A stretch of 53,999 bases of DNA from a virus (Duplodnaviria > Caudoviricetes). Below the pieces are notes generated by a model. The model searched no databases, was not told where the DNA came from, and saw only the letters and a program-made list of their open reading frames with translations. The translations under genes and the position numbers were made by a program. Below, piece after piece: positions 1 to 10,182 of this stretch (positions within the stretch are counted from its first letter, which is position 1; each line of letters starts with the position of its first letter). The stretch spans positions 1 to 53,999 of IMG/VR virus record IMGVR_UViG_3300031519_000026; one strand, 5' to 3'.

Positions 1-100
1 TTACGCTTTTCTTGTGTTGTGAATCGATTGGCGCGAAAGAAGAGTGCTCAAGAATTGGGCCCCATTTTTCCACGAGCATCTGATAGTTTGACTGAGTCAT
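1..100 (-). CDS. gp23: Major capsid protein, N-terminus only (runs off the window)
   Basis: Manual translation MTQSNYQMLVEKWGPILEHSSFAPIDSQHKKSV resembles the gp23 N-terminus of T4-like phages (LxEKWxPxLEH); AAGGAG RBS upstream; lies directly after gp22. Confidence 0.85.
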   Translation of the reverse strand, partial: MTQSNYQMLVEKWGPILEHSSFAPIDSQHKKSV

Positions 101-137
101 GTGATTCTATCTCCTTGTGAGTTTATTTTACTAGATG

Positions 138-145
138 TATTTATA
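138..145 (-). promoter_or_regulatory. T4-type late promoter TATAAATA upstream of gp23
   Basis: tatttata on + strand = TATAAATA on -, intergenic. Confidence 0.8.
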
Positions 146-172
146 AAAGTTAAGTATTTCATCTGGTTGCGA

Positions 173-1129
173 TTATGATTGCTTCGTGTTTAAAGCCGAT
201 AAAAGAGCATTAATAGAAGAGTGCTCAGAAAGTGTTTTCTTTACTTCTGTATCTTCAGTAATGATTTCTTCTTCATCAGATACCTCTTCCACTACAGTTT
301 TTGCTTTCTTGAAGAAAGACTCTTTTAGTGTTTCGAGATCTGATTTGTATGTGTCGACATCAGCGAAAGAAAGTTTCTCTGAAAGTACTTTAAATCTTTC
401 TTGCTCAACAAGAGTAAGACCTTCTGCCATTTCCAAGAATACGTCATGCGCTTTAGCTTCAGCGATTGCAGCTTTAAGTTCTGCATTCTCTGTAATTGCT
501 TTATTCGCAAATTCTTTTGCTTCAGCGGCTTCTTCTTCAAGCGCTGCAACTACGTCAAGAGTTTCCTCGTTTACGTCGATGTTGTGCTCTTCAAACAAAC
601 CTTTGAGACCTATCATTAAGGACTCAGCTACTTCAACCTTGATACCAGCTTCGATAGCTACTTCATTCTCTGTCATCCACTCTTCTACAACGTAGTCAAG
701 GTATGAGTCGAGATTTTCGACAATTTTACTTACTGACTCATCTGCAGCTTCGTGCATTTCGCCAGCAATTCTTTCTACTTCTTCGGCAATTACTTTGTTC
801 GCCTTAGTAGTAGCGGCTTCGTTAACTGCAGCTTCGAATACCATAGTTACTTTGCTTGTAAACTCTTCAGACAAATCCATGCCTTCAAACATAGTCGCAA
901 TAGACTCTTGGATATCGATAACTTCTTCAACAATCTCATCAGACTCTGCGTCAACAGCGTCTTCTTTCATGCCTGGTGTTTTAACGGTTAGTTTGTCTGC
1001 AGTTGGATCAACTGCTTTCTTAACATCCGCTTTCTTTTTCGGTGGTGTGCCGCCTGCTGGTGTCGCCGGTTCTTCTACTGAAGAAACGCCGTCGTCAGCT
1101 ACGAACTTTTCGTCTAATTCATTTGACAT
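173..1129 (-). CDS. gp22: Prohead core scaffolding protein
   Basis: Acidic coiled-coil protein with LSEEF..K...VFEAAV and LDSYLDYVVEEWM..N..AIE.GIK motifs; between gp21 and gp23. Confidence 0.9.
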   Translation of the reverse strand: MSNELDEKFVADDGVSSVEEPATPAGGTPPKKKADVKKAVDPTADKLTVKTPGMKEDAVDAESDEIVEEVIDIQESIATMFEGMDLSEEFTSKVTMVFEAAVNEAATTKANKVIAEEVERIAGEMHEAADESVSKIVENLDSYLDYVVEEWMTENEVAIEAGIKVEVAESLMIGLKGLFEEHNIDVNEETLDVVAALEEEAAEAKEFANKAITENAELKAAIAEAKAHDVFLEMAEGLTLVEQERFKVLSEKLSFADVDTYKSDLETLKESFFKKAKTVVEEVSDEEEIITEDTEVKKTLSEHSSINALLSALNTKQS

Positions 1130-1169
1130 ATGTTCTACTCCTTTATTGGATCTCTTATTATATGAGTAT

Positions 1170-1177
1170 TATTTATA
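1170..1177 (-). promoter_or_regulatory. T4-type late promoter upstream of gp22
   Basis: TATAAATA on - strand, intergenic. Confidence 0.75.
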
Positions 1178-1198
1178 ATATTTTTACTTTACGGTGTT

Positions 1199-1888
1199 TT
1201 ATTTTTTCAATCCGTTTACGAACCGTTGAAATAGTTCAGAAGCAACGCTCTCATCAATTTTATGAACGATTTTTCTGACTTCTTTTTCCACAACGGCTTG
1301 GATTTCTTCAATAACTTGTTCAACTGGTTCTTTAGCGACCCAATTACCTGAAGCTATATTATAAAAATACTCGGTGTTTTCCATGATACCGTTTACGAAA
1401 CAGTTAGGTCCCGAAGGATCTGTAACGATATCAACTGTTGCAAGATGGAAATCCTTTTGAACTTCCATAATTCCTTGGGCCGTTGGTTTAACAGAACCAA
1501 GACCTCTTGTAGATACGCCAATTTTAACACCTTCATCCATGAAAGTTTTAACAATCTCACCCATAGGTGTACTAAGAATTTTAGCTTTACCTGTGAAGTT
1601 AGATCCTTCTCTTTTCATTTCTGTAATAAGGTGTGACACTCTATCACCGTTAATCGCTGGTCCATCAGGATGTCCTAATTCACCTAAAGCTCTTTTTGTA
1701 TCAATAAAGTCTGTTTGATAACGTGTCATTTCTTTTTCTAAGATTTCAGCGGGGTAAATACGACCGTTACGGTTTTTAAGATCGCCTTGCATGAAAATGC
1801 CTTCGATGAAATGAGTTTTCTTCCCAGTTTCTTCGTTGATCTCTGTAGATACCGCTGTATCTTCTGTTACTTCAGTAATTAAAATCAT
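1199..1888 (-). CDS. gp21: Prohead core protease
   Basis: IEGIFMQ...NRNGRIYP, ALGELGHP, VSH, GVSTRGLGS, D.V.DPS motifs of T4 gp21. Confidence 0.95.
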   Translation of the reverse strand: MILITEVTEDTAVSTEINEETGKKTHFIEGIFMQGDLKNRNGRIYPAEILEKEMTRYQTDFIDTKRALGELGHPDGPAINGDRVSHLITEMKREGSNFTGKAKILSTPMGEIVKTFMDEGVKIGVSTRGLGSVKPTAQGIMEVQKDFHLATVDIVTDPSGPNCFVNGIMENTEYFYNIASGNWVAKEPVEQVIEEIQAVVEKEVRKIVHKIDESVASELFQRFVNGLKK

Positions 1889-1912
1889 GTCAGGTTTCCT
1901 TTGAACGTAGTA

Positions 1913-2170
1913 TTATATCTTAGCATCATAGTAATTCTTGTTTAGCTCGCCGCGTACTGCGGTTTCGCCCTTTTTCCTGGTTCTAACGTACGTTAATTGT
2001 GCGTTACCACCAGTTGGTGTAAAAGTTCTAACACCAGCAGTTACTGTTCCGTTTGCTCTATAGTATTGGTCATCAGCATGAGCTTTTGCACCAGTTACTA
2101 AAGTAGCTAGGGTAGGAGCATTATCATATTGCCAAATAGCATTTGATCCTGGAACATCTACCCAAGCCAT
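1913..2170 (-). CDS. Hypothetical 85-aa protein in the head operon (gp68 position)
   Basis: ORF translationally coupled to upstream gene (TAATG); no recognised motif. Confidence 0.65.
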   Translation of the reverse strand: MAWVDVPGSNAIWQYDNAPTLATLVTGAKAHADDQYYRANGTVTAGVRTFTPTGGNAQLTYVRTRKKGETAVRGELNKNYYDAKI

Positions 2171-3915
2171 TATTCAGTCTCTTTAACATCAGCTTGAGCC
2201 AAAGATTCAAGAATATTAGCTTTAAGCGCTTCTTTAATTTTCTGTTTACCACCGGTTACAGCTTTAATTAATGGATTAACACCGCTTTCTGATTTGATAA
2301 TATCTTGACCGTGGTCGTCAGTACTGTTATTCTTTATTGTTTTCATAACAGTACGTTTCTTTCCGTCAGGAGTAGTTGTAGTCACTGGCTTCATAAGTGC
2401 AGAATTAGTAGTCTCATCAAGATCTACAGATTCTTTCCTTTGATTTTCAACATTTTTTAGGCCTTGCTTAAGTCTAGCTACTTCTGCAGCTTTATCTTTT
2501 TTAGCAACGGCACCCATAGCTGAACCAATGTTCTTCATTGTACTAGCATGTTGTCTAGCCATCATTTTCTTTCGAGCAGCATCTTTTTCTGCTTGGTTTG
2601 GACCTACAACTTTACGTCTAACGTCATTAACTTTTTTCTTGATGTTATCCAAGATACCTTCATAAACAGCTTCATTTTTCTTATAACCCAATGTATCTTG
2701 TGGCTTTGAACGACGAGTACCTTTGTAAGCACTATCACCTTGTTCAGAATCTCTACCAGCTTGATAAGCTTTTTTAACAGTAGCATCAGATCCACGCTTA
2801 GGTTTATTAGTAGCTGCGCCACCTGGAGTATTGAATTGGCGAGTATCTTGTTCACCAGAACGAAAAGCTTTCTTTAAAACAGATTTACGATCTGTACCTG
2901 AACCTTTGATTGAACCTTCATCAACAACATAAAATTTATTATCTGTATGTTTATGAACGTAGCTTTTTTGGGAAGCTTTACTAGATCCAACCAACTGATC
3001 ATTATGACGCTCCGCTTCTTTACGACCAGAAAAACCTTTACTGACTTTTTTCACTGGCTTGTGGTCAAACTTAATTTTACTGCTGCTGGTCATGGCTTCA
3101 TCAAGTTCAACCTCTTCTGATTTCATATCAGTAACTTTACCCTTGTTGAGGTGACGAACAATTTTCTTGCCGTTCTTATCTTGTAAAGTTACGATGTGAC
3201 CACCTTTTGGATGTTCTTGACGAGAAACCATTTTTAAATCTTCACTGATTTCTAACTCTAATTCTTCTCTAGTCAACTTATCAACCGCTTTACCAATACC
3301 AGCCGTTCTGTTTGCAGCTTTCTTACGAGCCTTATCAGCGTTATCAAATTGCTTGTACATATCTTTGTCTTTATCAGCATCCATGCCTTTTTTATCAAAG
3401 ATACCTGCACGTTTAGTCTGAGTGTCTTTATCAGAATGAGCGCGATTGATATATTGACCTATCTTTGTTTTGCTGATTTCGTCTAATTCTTCTTTGTCAG
3501 GATCAGCTGCTTCACGCGTGCCGACTCTTTTACCGACTTCTTTACCGGGCTTTTGGTTATATTCACCTTTTGCAGGATTATAATCTAGACCTTCTTTTTT
3601 AGAGTTTTTCTTTTTACCAGTTGCAGGATCTACTTCGTCTTCGTGTCCGTCTGGAACATAATAAGAAACTCCAGTCGGGCCATATGCTTTACCTTCTTTG
3701 AATTGCTTGTCGTAATTAGCATCACCATCTTGGTCAGCTTTACGTTTAGCTTTTTCTCTTGGCAAATCATCAGCACCGATTGCACCTGTAAACACTGCAT
3801 CAGGAGCTACAGGATGAGACTTTGTCTCATAAGAGTGCATATCTTTAAACTTCTTTTCTTCTGGCGATCTAGGTTGTGCAACCTCAGCCATAATAGTTCT
3901 AAATGACTTCATCAT
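2170..3915 (-). CDS. Lys-rich putative prohead core/internal head protein (gp67/68 position)
   Basis: 581-aa highly charged ORF with RBS and own late promoter, between portal and protease; repeated E(L/V)DE-type acidic linkers. Confidence 0.6.
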   Translation of the reverse strand: MMKSFRTIMAEVAQPRSPEEKKFKDMHSYETKSHPVAPDAVFTGAIGADDLPREKAKRKADQDGDANYDKQFKEGKAYGPTGVSYYVPDGHEDEVDPATGKKKNSKKEGLDYNPAKGEYNQKPGKEVGKRVGTREAADPDKEELDEISKTKIGQYINRAHSDKDTQTKRAGIFDKKGMDADKDKDMYKQFDNADKARKKAANRTAGIGKAVDKLTREELELEISEDLKMVSRQEHPKGGHIVTLQDKNGKKIVRHLNKGKVTDMKSEEVELDEAMTSSSKIKFDHKPVKKVSKGFSGRKEAERHNDQLVGSSKASQKSYVHKHTDNKFYVVDEGSIKGSGTDRKSVLKKAFRSGEQDTRQFNTPGGAATNKPKRGSDATVKKAYQAGRDSEQGDSAYKGTRRSKPQDTLGYKKNEAVYEGILDNIKKKVNDVRRKVVGPNQAEKDAARKKMMARQHASTMKNIGSAMGAVAKKDKAAEVARLKQGLKNVENQRKESVDLDETTNSALMKPVTTTTPDGKKRTVMKTIKNNSTDDHGQDIIKSESGVNPLIKAVTGGKQKIKEALKANILESLAQADVKETE

Positions 3916-3939
3916 TTTTCTCCTGATTAATCTTTTATA

Positions 3940-3947
3940 TATTTATA
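3940..3947 (-). promoter_or_regulatory. T4-type late promoter
   Basis: TATAAATA on - strand about 25 nt before the 581-aa ORF. Confidence 0.75.
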
Positions 3948-3969
3948 CATTATTATCGTTTGTTTATCG

Positions 3970-5499
3970 TTATTCTTCGTCAGAAGCTTCTGCTTCTTCT
4001 GGTGGATTTTCCTTGAGCTCTTGCTCAATCTGTTCTTTCATGTCTTCCATTTCTTCTTCAGACATTCTAAGAACATTTTTAAGAACCCACTCTCTTGAGT
4101 AGTATGTGCCAACGTGCTCTTCTACTTCACGAAGAGTTGTAAGTCTTTCTCTTACAATCTCAGCTTCTTTAAGCTCGGTAAAGTAGTTGTCTACAACGAA
4201 GTCATAACGAATTAAATTCTTAACTTCAGCGAATTCTTCAGGTGTTAAAATACCTTTAAGAACAAGCTGCTTTTCTAATATCTGAGTGAACAAAACAGAA
4301 AATCTAGATCTTAATCTTTGAACAAACTTACTGAATTTTAACTCGTCACGAGTAATTTCTGACGATCTACCAAAAGTAGCCATTGACTCTGGCTCAAGTC
4401 TTGAGATAGGAACTTTTAACGATTTATATAGTTTACGTTGGAAGTATTGCATATTGGTATCATCTGTTAAACCACCAGCATTGCCGCCTGCAATTGTATC
4501 AACTTCAGTTGAGCGCTCACCACCACGACGTGGGAACCAAAAGTCTTCAGTCATGGTCATCATTTTACGAGAATCAGATATTTCACCGGTCGATGAATTA
4601 TATTGAAGTTTGTTCTTATGACGAACCATCATATCTCTTAGATACTGTTCAGCTTTTGATTTAGGTAAGTTGCCAACGTCAATGTAAAAAACTCGTCTTT
4701 CAGGAGCTCTTGTAAGAGTATAAATGACTGTAGCATCTTCTAACATCCTCAACTGGTTTAAAGGTTTAATAGAAGGATGAAGATATGATAAAACTAACGA
4801 ATTATTTTCGTTCATTTGGCCTGAAGTAATCCTTGCTATAGAATCTTTTGCAATTCTATATCCTTGTGTTCCGCCTTGAGCACCGCTCTTATCAGAACCA
4901 AATCCGTTTTCAGAATACATGTAGTATTCGCTTTTAACTTTTTTGACAGGAATGCCGGAATGTAAATCTTTTTCTCTTTTATCAACTTCACGAATAAGTT
5001 TTAGTTTTCTAGGATCTACGTAACGTAGCTCTTTGATACCTTCGTCAACATTGTCAGGATCAATGATTATGTGATAATTAATTCTTCCGTCTACATAAAA
5101 CTTTGAAAATACATCATAAGCCTTACTACTAAATTCTAATAGAGAAAGAACCTCGTCGAACTCAGCTATTATTCTAGTTTTTACTTTAGATGGAAGATCT
5201 GTATCGTCAAGAACAACCTCGACTGTTTTTTCGTCTGTGTCAACACTAATAGCTTCGTTAACTATTTCATCAACAGCTTGAGATATTTCTGGTTGAGAGG
5301 AAAGACCTCTGTATTTAGTTACTAGTTCAGATTCAGTTTTAGCTGAACCTTCCATGTCCAATAACGTACTATAAAAGCCACCCATTGCGTTACCAACAGT
5401 AATAGCTCCATCGTCGTTTTGAGGTTCGGCAAACGAGGATGGAACAAATTGCTCCTCCCCGTCGCCTTCTCTCTTGATATCAAAACCAAAAATTTTCAT
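3970..5499 (-). CDS. gp20: Portal vertex protein
   Basis: YVDGR, LRMLEDA.VIY...RAPERRVFYIDVGNLP..KAEQY, EDFWFPRRGG, EITRDELKF motifs. Confidence 0.97.
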   Translation of the reverse strand: MKIFGFDIKREGDGEEQFVPSSFAEPQNDDGAITVGNAMGGFYSTLLDMEGSAKTESELVTKYRGLSSQPEISQAVDEIVNEAISVDTDEKTVEVVLDDTDLPSKVKTRIIAEFDEVLSLLEFSSKAYDVFSKFYVDGRINYHIIIDPDNVDEGIKELRYVDPRKLKLIREVDKREKDLHSGIPVKKVKSEYYMYSENGFGSDKSGAQGGTQGYRIAKDSIARITSGQMNENNSLVLSYLHPSIKPLNQLRMLEDATVIYTLTRAPERRVFYIDVGNLPKSKAEQYLRDMMVRHKNKLQYNSSTGEISDSRKMMTMTEDFWFPRRGGERSTEVDTIAGGNAGGLTDDTNMQYFQRKLYKSLKVPISRLEPESMATFGRSSEITRDELKFSKFVQRLRSRFSVLFTQILEKQLVLKGILTPEEFAEVKNLIRYDFVVDNYFTELKEAEIVRERLTTLREVEEHVGTYYSREWVLKNVLRMSEEEMEDMKEQIEQELKENPPEEAEASDEE

Positions 5500-5522
5500 T
5501 TTATCACTTTCTAATTATATAA

Positions 5523-6056
5523 TTATGTAGTTGGAACGCCGGTATTACCCTCAACGCGCCATAAGTCATATTGGAATGTCATTCCGAATTCTTCGATTGT
5601 ATCACTTTGTGACCAATCCATAGCAATACCGTCGATATTGATAGGATACATACCTTCAAAGATATACGTTCTAAGAATTGAACCGTCTTTACCGAATTGT
5701 GTAATCTGGCCCGTTGACTTATATGTTTGTGGCAAGGCTCTAGTATTAGAGTCATGCGAGTTTATTGCATTTGACCATGCTTCCATTGCGTTACGGATAG
5801 CAAAGTCTTCGTCATTGATAACAGTCACGTTCCAATCTGCAAACACCCTATCACCTGCATATTTGACCTGACGGCCGAAATATGGAACCGTAAATTGCCC
5901 CAGAACTGACTCTGGTATGCCTGCCGCTCGTATCATAAATGGTACTTTAATATCGGCTTCTGGAGCAATTGGGTTTGTGATCTGACATTGGAAGAGCGTT
6001 GGACGTGCACCGCCACCGACGAGTTCTGACTTGAACTGGTTGATATTGAATGCCAT
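5523..6056 (-). CDS. gp19: Tail tube protein
   Basis: GGARPTLF, VPYFGR.VK.AGDR.F.DW.VTVINDEDF.IR, IEEF motifs. Confidence 0.95.
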   Translation of the reverse strand: MAFNINQFKSELVGGGARPTLFQCQITNPIAPEADIKVPFMIRAAGIPESVLGQFTVPYFGRQVKYAGDRVFADWNVTVINDEDFAIRNAMEAWSNAINSHDSNTRALPQTYKSTGQITQFGKDGSILRTYIFEGMYPINIDGIAMDWSQSDTIEEFGMTFQYDLWRVEGNTGVPTT

Positions 6057-6085
6057 GTTGTTTCTCCTTTATCTTATTCTATTTA

Positions 6086-8020
6086 TTACGTTAACTGACC
6101 AACAATTTCATCAAATTCAATACCTGTTCTAGTTGCTACGAAAGTTAATTCGATAACATTAATAGAACGAGCTGGTTTGATAAAGATGCTTGCGCGGAAT
6201 TTGTTTTGGTCAACAACTTCAGGAGTATTAACTGTGGTATCACTAATTACTCTGTAATCAATAATTCCTCGTCTTCCTTGAATGTCACGTAAGAATGGAT
6301 CAACGATGTTTTTAAACTGTGTTTGAGTAAACTCATCGTTTAATTCGAATAAGAAGCCCTGAGCTGCAGTTGCAATAGCTTTTTCTACTGCGATAAACAA
6401 CCTACGAACATTCAAACGATCGAAAGCAGACGTCATTCCTAGACCAGTCTTATCACCAAATAATACAATTCCTTGACCTACTTGCGACATAACAGGGTTA
6501 ATGTCTGCGCCGTATAGTGCATCTCTCATTGTTTTATTCGGGTTAAATGCTAGTTTAACAACATTTTTAATTACGCCTTTTCTAAAGCCAGCTGGTGATT
6601 CCCATGCTTCAACTCTAGCTGCAAGACCTGCCATATCACCATTCAATGGTGTCCAGCGATACATGTCATTATATTTGTCGTAACGATATTTGTAACCGCT
6701 ATCAACAAACATGTAAGATGAATTTTGAACTTTATTACGATATGCAATTGCATTTGTAAGCTTAGCATTCATTTTCAGTTCATCTACGACTGCTTCTTTG
6801 GATGGTGAGATGAAAGCAACACAATCTTTTCTTGTTTCGCATATGTTAGAAACAATATAGTTTGCTCTTGTTGCGGCATCATCGCCTTTACCTTGAAGAA
6901 CGAAAGCAATATCGATTTCATTAGAATTCTTAAGAGTATCTAATGCAAAACCGATGTGTGCTAAAGTAGCTGTGGTTTCAGTAGTAGCATCTGTTCCACC
7001 TTCCATTACTTCGTATTTTGAAAGTGCAGAGGCAGCAGTACCGATAACTGTTGAGTTGGCAACTTTTACCCACTCTGAGAAGTTTTCGATTACCGTTCCG
7101 TAGTAATTAGTTAAGCCTTGTGGTGATACAGCGCCAACAGTTGTAGAAAGATTTTCAAATTTCTCTAACATAAATCCTTTAGTACCACTAATAACACCGG
7201 TTTTATCTATAACTGATATGTGAATGTGGTTAGCGTCTGGTTTTCTAGAGAAAGAAGCGTTGTGTTGCCATTTTCTCGTAAGAGCTAATTTGTTTAACGA
7301 TGTTTCAGCTAGTGTGTATCTATTTGAGAAAGTAATGTTATAATCATACAAAGCAACATAAGTAATAGCTGAGTTACCAACACCTTCTGTTACTGTGCCT
7401 GCTGTTTCTGTAAAAGTAGCAACTTTTAATTCTTGATAACCTATAGACTCGTTACCTACTACCAATACGTCTCCCACTGTGAGAGCTGAAAGTTGTGCGG
7501 TATTACCAACTTCAAAGGAGATAGCAGACGCATTAAACGATACTGTTTGAGCTATTGAGCTGTTTGAAATTTTATTTTGCGGAATTTCTGCTACATCCCT
7601 CCAGTCATTTTCATAACCAGTTGAAGATACCCAAGTAACTTCTAAAGCGTTACCTAAATCTCCAGGATACTTAGCCGCGAAAGCTCCGTAAGTAGAGGAT
7701 TCAGCGATAATCTCGTTGTTTCCGTCTCTTACAATTTCTGTAGAGTCTGCTATAGCAGAACCGTCATCTGCGCGAACAACGTATAATGCGTTCGAGTATG
7801 ACAGAAAATCTGAAGCTACAAAAAAAGTTTCGTAATTGTTGTTGTTTGGTGCACCAAATCGATCTACGAGTTGGTTTTCCGATGATATTAGTATCGGTTC
7901 GTTAGTTGGACCCCATCTAAAAACACCGGCCATAGCGGCTGGTGGATTCGCAATGGCTGGCACTGCCTGTGAGGCGTCCACTTCTCGAACGATAACAGAA
8001 GGACTTACGGAAAAAGCCAT
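6086..8020 (-). CDS. gp18: Tail sheath protein
   Basis: SPSV.VRE.D, F.WGP, RKDC.AFISP, YDKYND, SPAG, GDKT, FDRLNVRRLF, FELND.FT, IKPARSIN motifs. Confidence 0.97.
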   Translation of the reverse strand: MAFSVSPSVIVREVDASQAVPAIANPPAAMAGVFRWGPTNEPILISSENQLVDRFGAPNNNNYETFFVASDFLSYSNALYVVRADDGSAIADSTEIVRDGNNEIIAESSTYGAFAAKYPGDLGNALEVTWVSSTGYENDWRDVAEIPQNKISNSSIAQTVSFNASAISFEVGNTAQLSALTVGDVLVVGNESIGYQELKVATFTETAGTVTEGVGNSAITYVALYDYNITFSNRYTLAETSLNKLALTRKWQHNASFSRKPDANHIHISVIDKTGVISGTKGFMLEKFENLSTTVGAVSPQGLTNYYGTVIENFSEWVKVANSTVIGTAASALSKYEVMEGGTDATTETTATLAHIGFALDTLKNSNEIDIAFVLQGKGDDAATRANYIVSNICETRKDCVAFISPSKEAVVDELKMNAKLTNAIAYRNKVQNSSYMFVDSGYKYRYDKYNDMYRWTPLNGDMAGLAARVEAWESPAGFRKGVIKNVVKLAFNPNKTMRDALYGADINPVMSQVGQGIVLFGDKTGLGMTSAFDRLNVRRLFIAVEKAIATAAQGFLFELNDEFTQTQFKNIVDPFLRDIQGRRGIIDYRVISDTTVNTPEVVDQNKFRASIFIKPARSINVIELTFVATRTGIEFDEIVGQLT

Positions 8021-8080
8021 ATTTTTCTCCTTTGTGTATTGAAAACGCGTTAATCTTGTTTTATCTATTCTTACTATTTC

Positions 8081-8088
8081 TATTTATA
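8081..8088 (-). promoter_or_regulatory. T4-type late promoter upstream of gp18
   Basis: TATAAATA on - strand, intergenic. Confidence 0.8.
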
Positions 8089-8111
8089 AAATTTTCAACT
8101 CTGTTAAATAG

Positions 8112-9701
8112 CTACAGTCTTAGTCCGTCGTCTTCATAATAAAACTCGTCACCCACGTCGACAAAACCGAATGGTAATAGCTCTTCCTCAATCTGCTCCT
8201 CTGTCTTTTCTCTGAGCTTAACTAGTGTATTTATGTCTGTCATATCTTTGAAATAAGGTTGTTCTGTCATCCAGGCAAACAGTACTAGATTCATAACTAA
8301 ATCGTCATGAAATCCAGACTCAGCTTCATAAGAATTCTTTTTCTTAGAAAATCTACTTAATTCTTCAATAGTATCCTGATCTTGAATTATTAGTTGGTTT
8401 TGTTCTATGAGCATTTTAAGCATAGAACAACCAGTAGCTTTTACTATTTTTGTTGTTCTTATGCCGTTATCTACTCTTTTACCGAAACCACCTGTGAGCA
8501 TCTTTCCAGCTCTACCATTATTTGCAGTGTACAGTATATTTTCATAACCATAATCCATCAAAAGAACATCTGCAACCTGTTCCCCAATATCGTTAATTTC
8601 TATTAGAATTCCAGCTTCGTTATATAATTTTCCAACTCTAAAAACAACTGATGCAAAATCAATAGGTCCTGCTAAATTATCTCTATATACCGCAACCTGT
8701 TTGTAAGGCATCTCTGTTATATCTATTATGCTAAAGCACGAATAATCCAATCCTTTACCACGCGCAACGTCTACGCACATAGCATACTGACGTTCTGGAA
8801 TAGGAGCTTCGTATTGTATGAAACCTTCAGATTGGCGAATTGGTATCGAAGGAGCCAGTTCTTTAAGTTTCTTGCCGCTAATTAGAGTACCAGAAGAACC
8901 TAAAAACTGACAACAATATTCTTGGTTGAACTTTTCCTCGTCATGGTCGAGAGCTTCAATAGTTTCTTTGCGCCACCTTTCATCTCTACCAGGTACATCA
9001 TCCCACATAACTTCTTCATATTCGTAACCATTAGTACCTTCTTTAGCACCTTTACAAGTTTTCCAAAAGTGGTTTAAACCGTTAGGAGTAGAAGTCATAA
9101 GCAATTTTGTTGAATCACCAGACGAGATTGTAGGATAAACTGATGCGAAGAATTCGTCGTAACCTTCGATGAATGCAACCTCGTCAAGGTACAAGAAGTT
9201 AACTGATTTACCACGAATAGCGCTAGACGATGTAGTACCAGCAAGTACTTGACAACCGTTCTCAAGCGCGATATTACCTTTGTTCCATTCTTCAACACCT
9301 TGCTGTAGCCATTTTGGTAATGATTCAAAAGCAAGTTTAACTCGAGCCATAACTTCTCGCGCAGCATCGCCTTTGTTAGCAAGAATAGCAACAGTCTTAA
9401 ATTCATTGAACAATACATAGTGAAGAATAATAGCCATAGCTGTTGTCGTTTTACCAGACTGACGAGCAGTTAGTACAGCAACTCTACGGTTGTCTGTAAT
9501 CTTTTTTGTAATACTTTCTTGATAAGGATACATTTCGAAAGGAACAAGGCCTTTGTCGACGTGAACAATCTTGATATATGTTTTAGCAAAATATACTGGA
9601 TCATTTGCGCACTTCATATATTCTTTTAATAGTTCAGGTGTCCACTCAATTTCTTGACCACTATTTTTAAGATTAATATTACCTAGATAGCCTTCACTCA
9701 T
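8112..9701 (-). CDS. gp17: Terminase large subunit
   Basis: Walker A ARQSGKTT, Walker B LYLDEVAF, TSTPNG.NHF, nuclease D(V)ARG.G.DYS and HDDLVM motifs. Confidence 0.97.
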   Translation of the reverse strand: MSEGYLGNINLKNSGQEIEWTPELLKEYMKCANDPVYFAKTYIKIVHVDKGLVPFEMYPYQESITKKITDNRRVAVLTARQSGKTTTAMAIILHYVLFNEFKTVAILANKGDAAREVMARVKLAFESLPKWLQQGVEEWNKGNIALENGCQVLAGTTSSSAIRGKSVNFLYLDEVAFIEGYDEFFASVYPTISSGDSTKLLMTSTPNGLNHFWKTCKGAKEGTNGYEYEEVMWDDVPGRDERWRKETIEALDHDEEKFNQEYCCQFLGSSGTLISGKKLKELAPSIPIRQSEGFIQYEAPIPERQYAMCVDVARGKGLDYSCFSIIDITEMPYKQVAVYRDNLAGPIDFASVVFRVGKLYNEAGILIEINDIGEQVADVLLMDYGYENILYTANNGRAGKMLTGGFGKRVDNGIRTTKIVKATGCSMLKMLIEQNQLIIQDQDTIEELSRFSKKKNSYEAESGFHDDLVMNLVLFAWMTEQPYFKDMTDINTLVKLREKTEEQIEEELLPFGFVDVGDEFYYEDDGLRL

Positions 9702-10182
9702 TAGAATTCTCTTTTAACATTTTCAATAAATCGGCTGTTGATACTATCAAATTATTGTTAGTAACATTGTTTTGGGCAGCTTCTTTAGGAGCATTAATTT
9801 CTTCTTTTGCAAACTTTTTCTTCGTGGATACATCTCCAAAATCTTTGTTAGCATCCAGTAGAGTTTTCATAAGAGTTGACACGACCTCAAATGCTCTAGG
9901 TTGTTCTGATTGTTTTGCAATCTCAAGCATCTCTTTTACTGCTTCCTGACCAGTAACCATAATATCTTGAATATTAGATCTTACAGTTTCTAAGTCTCGC
10001 AGGTTTTCATCATCGTGCTCTAAGACTTCAGCAGGAAGTTGGGATACTTCATCTACAGTTTCAACTGGTAGATCTTCTATTTCTAATTTATAATCCTCAA
10101 TTAAAGGCGGTTCTAATTTTTCTTCCCTAACTTCAGAAAGAGGTCTCATGCCCAAATTTTCAGCTATTTTATCATTATTCAT
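9694..10182 (-). CDS. gp16: Terminase small (DNA packaging) subunit
   Basis: A..SEQPRAFEV...L.K and NVTNNNL..STADL.KML motifs; overlaps the gp17 start. Confidence 0.85.
   Translation of the reverse strand: MNNDKIAENLGMRPLSEVREEKLEPPLIEDYKLEIEDLPVETVDEVSQLPAEVLEHDDENLRDLETVRSNIQDIMVTGQEAVKEMLEIAKQSEQPRAFEVVSTLMKTLLDANKDFGDVSTKKKFAKEEINAPKEAAQNNVTNNNLIVSTADLLKMLKENSNE

Noticed and set aside
186-1278. Several + strand ORFs (e.g. 186-695, 795-1178) and similar ones elsewhere (47523-48200, 43446-43808)
   Set aside because: Antisense shadows of well-supported minus-strand genes; no RBS or motifs
3970-9701. Introns, inteins or homing endonucleases in portal, sheath or terminase
   Set aside because: ORFs are uninterrupted and of ordinary length; no intein or endonuclease motifs seen
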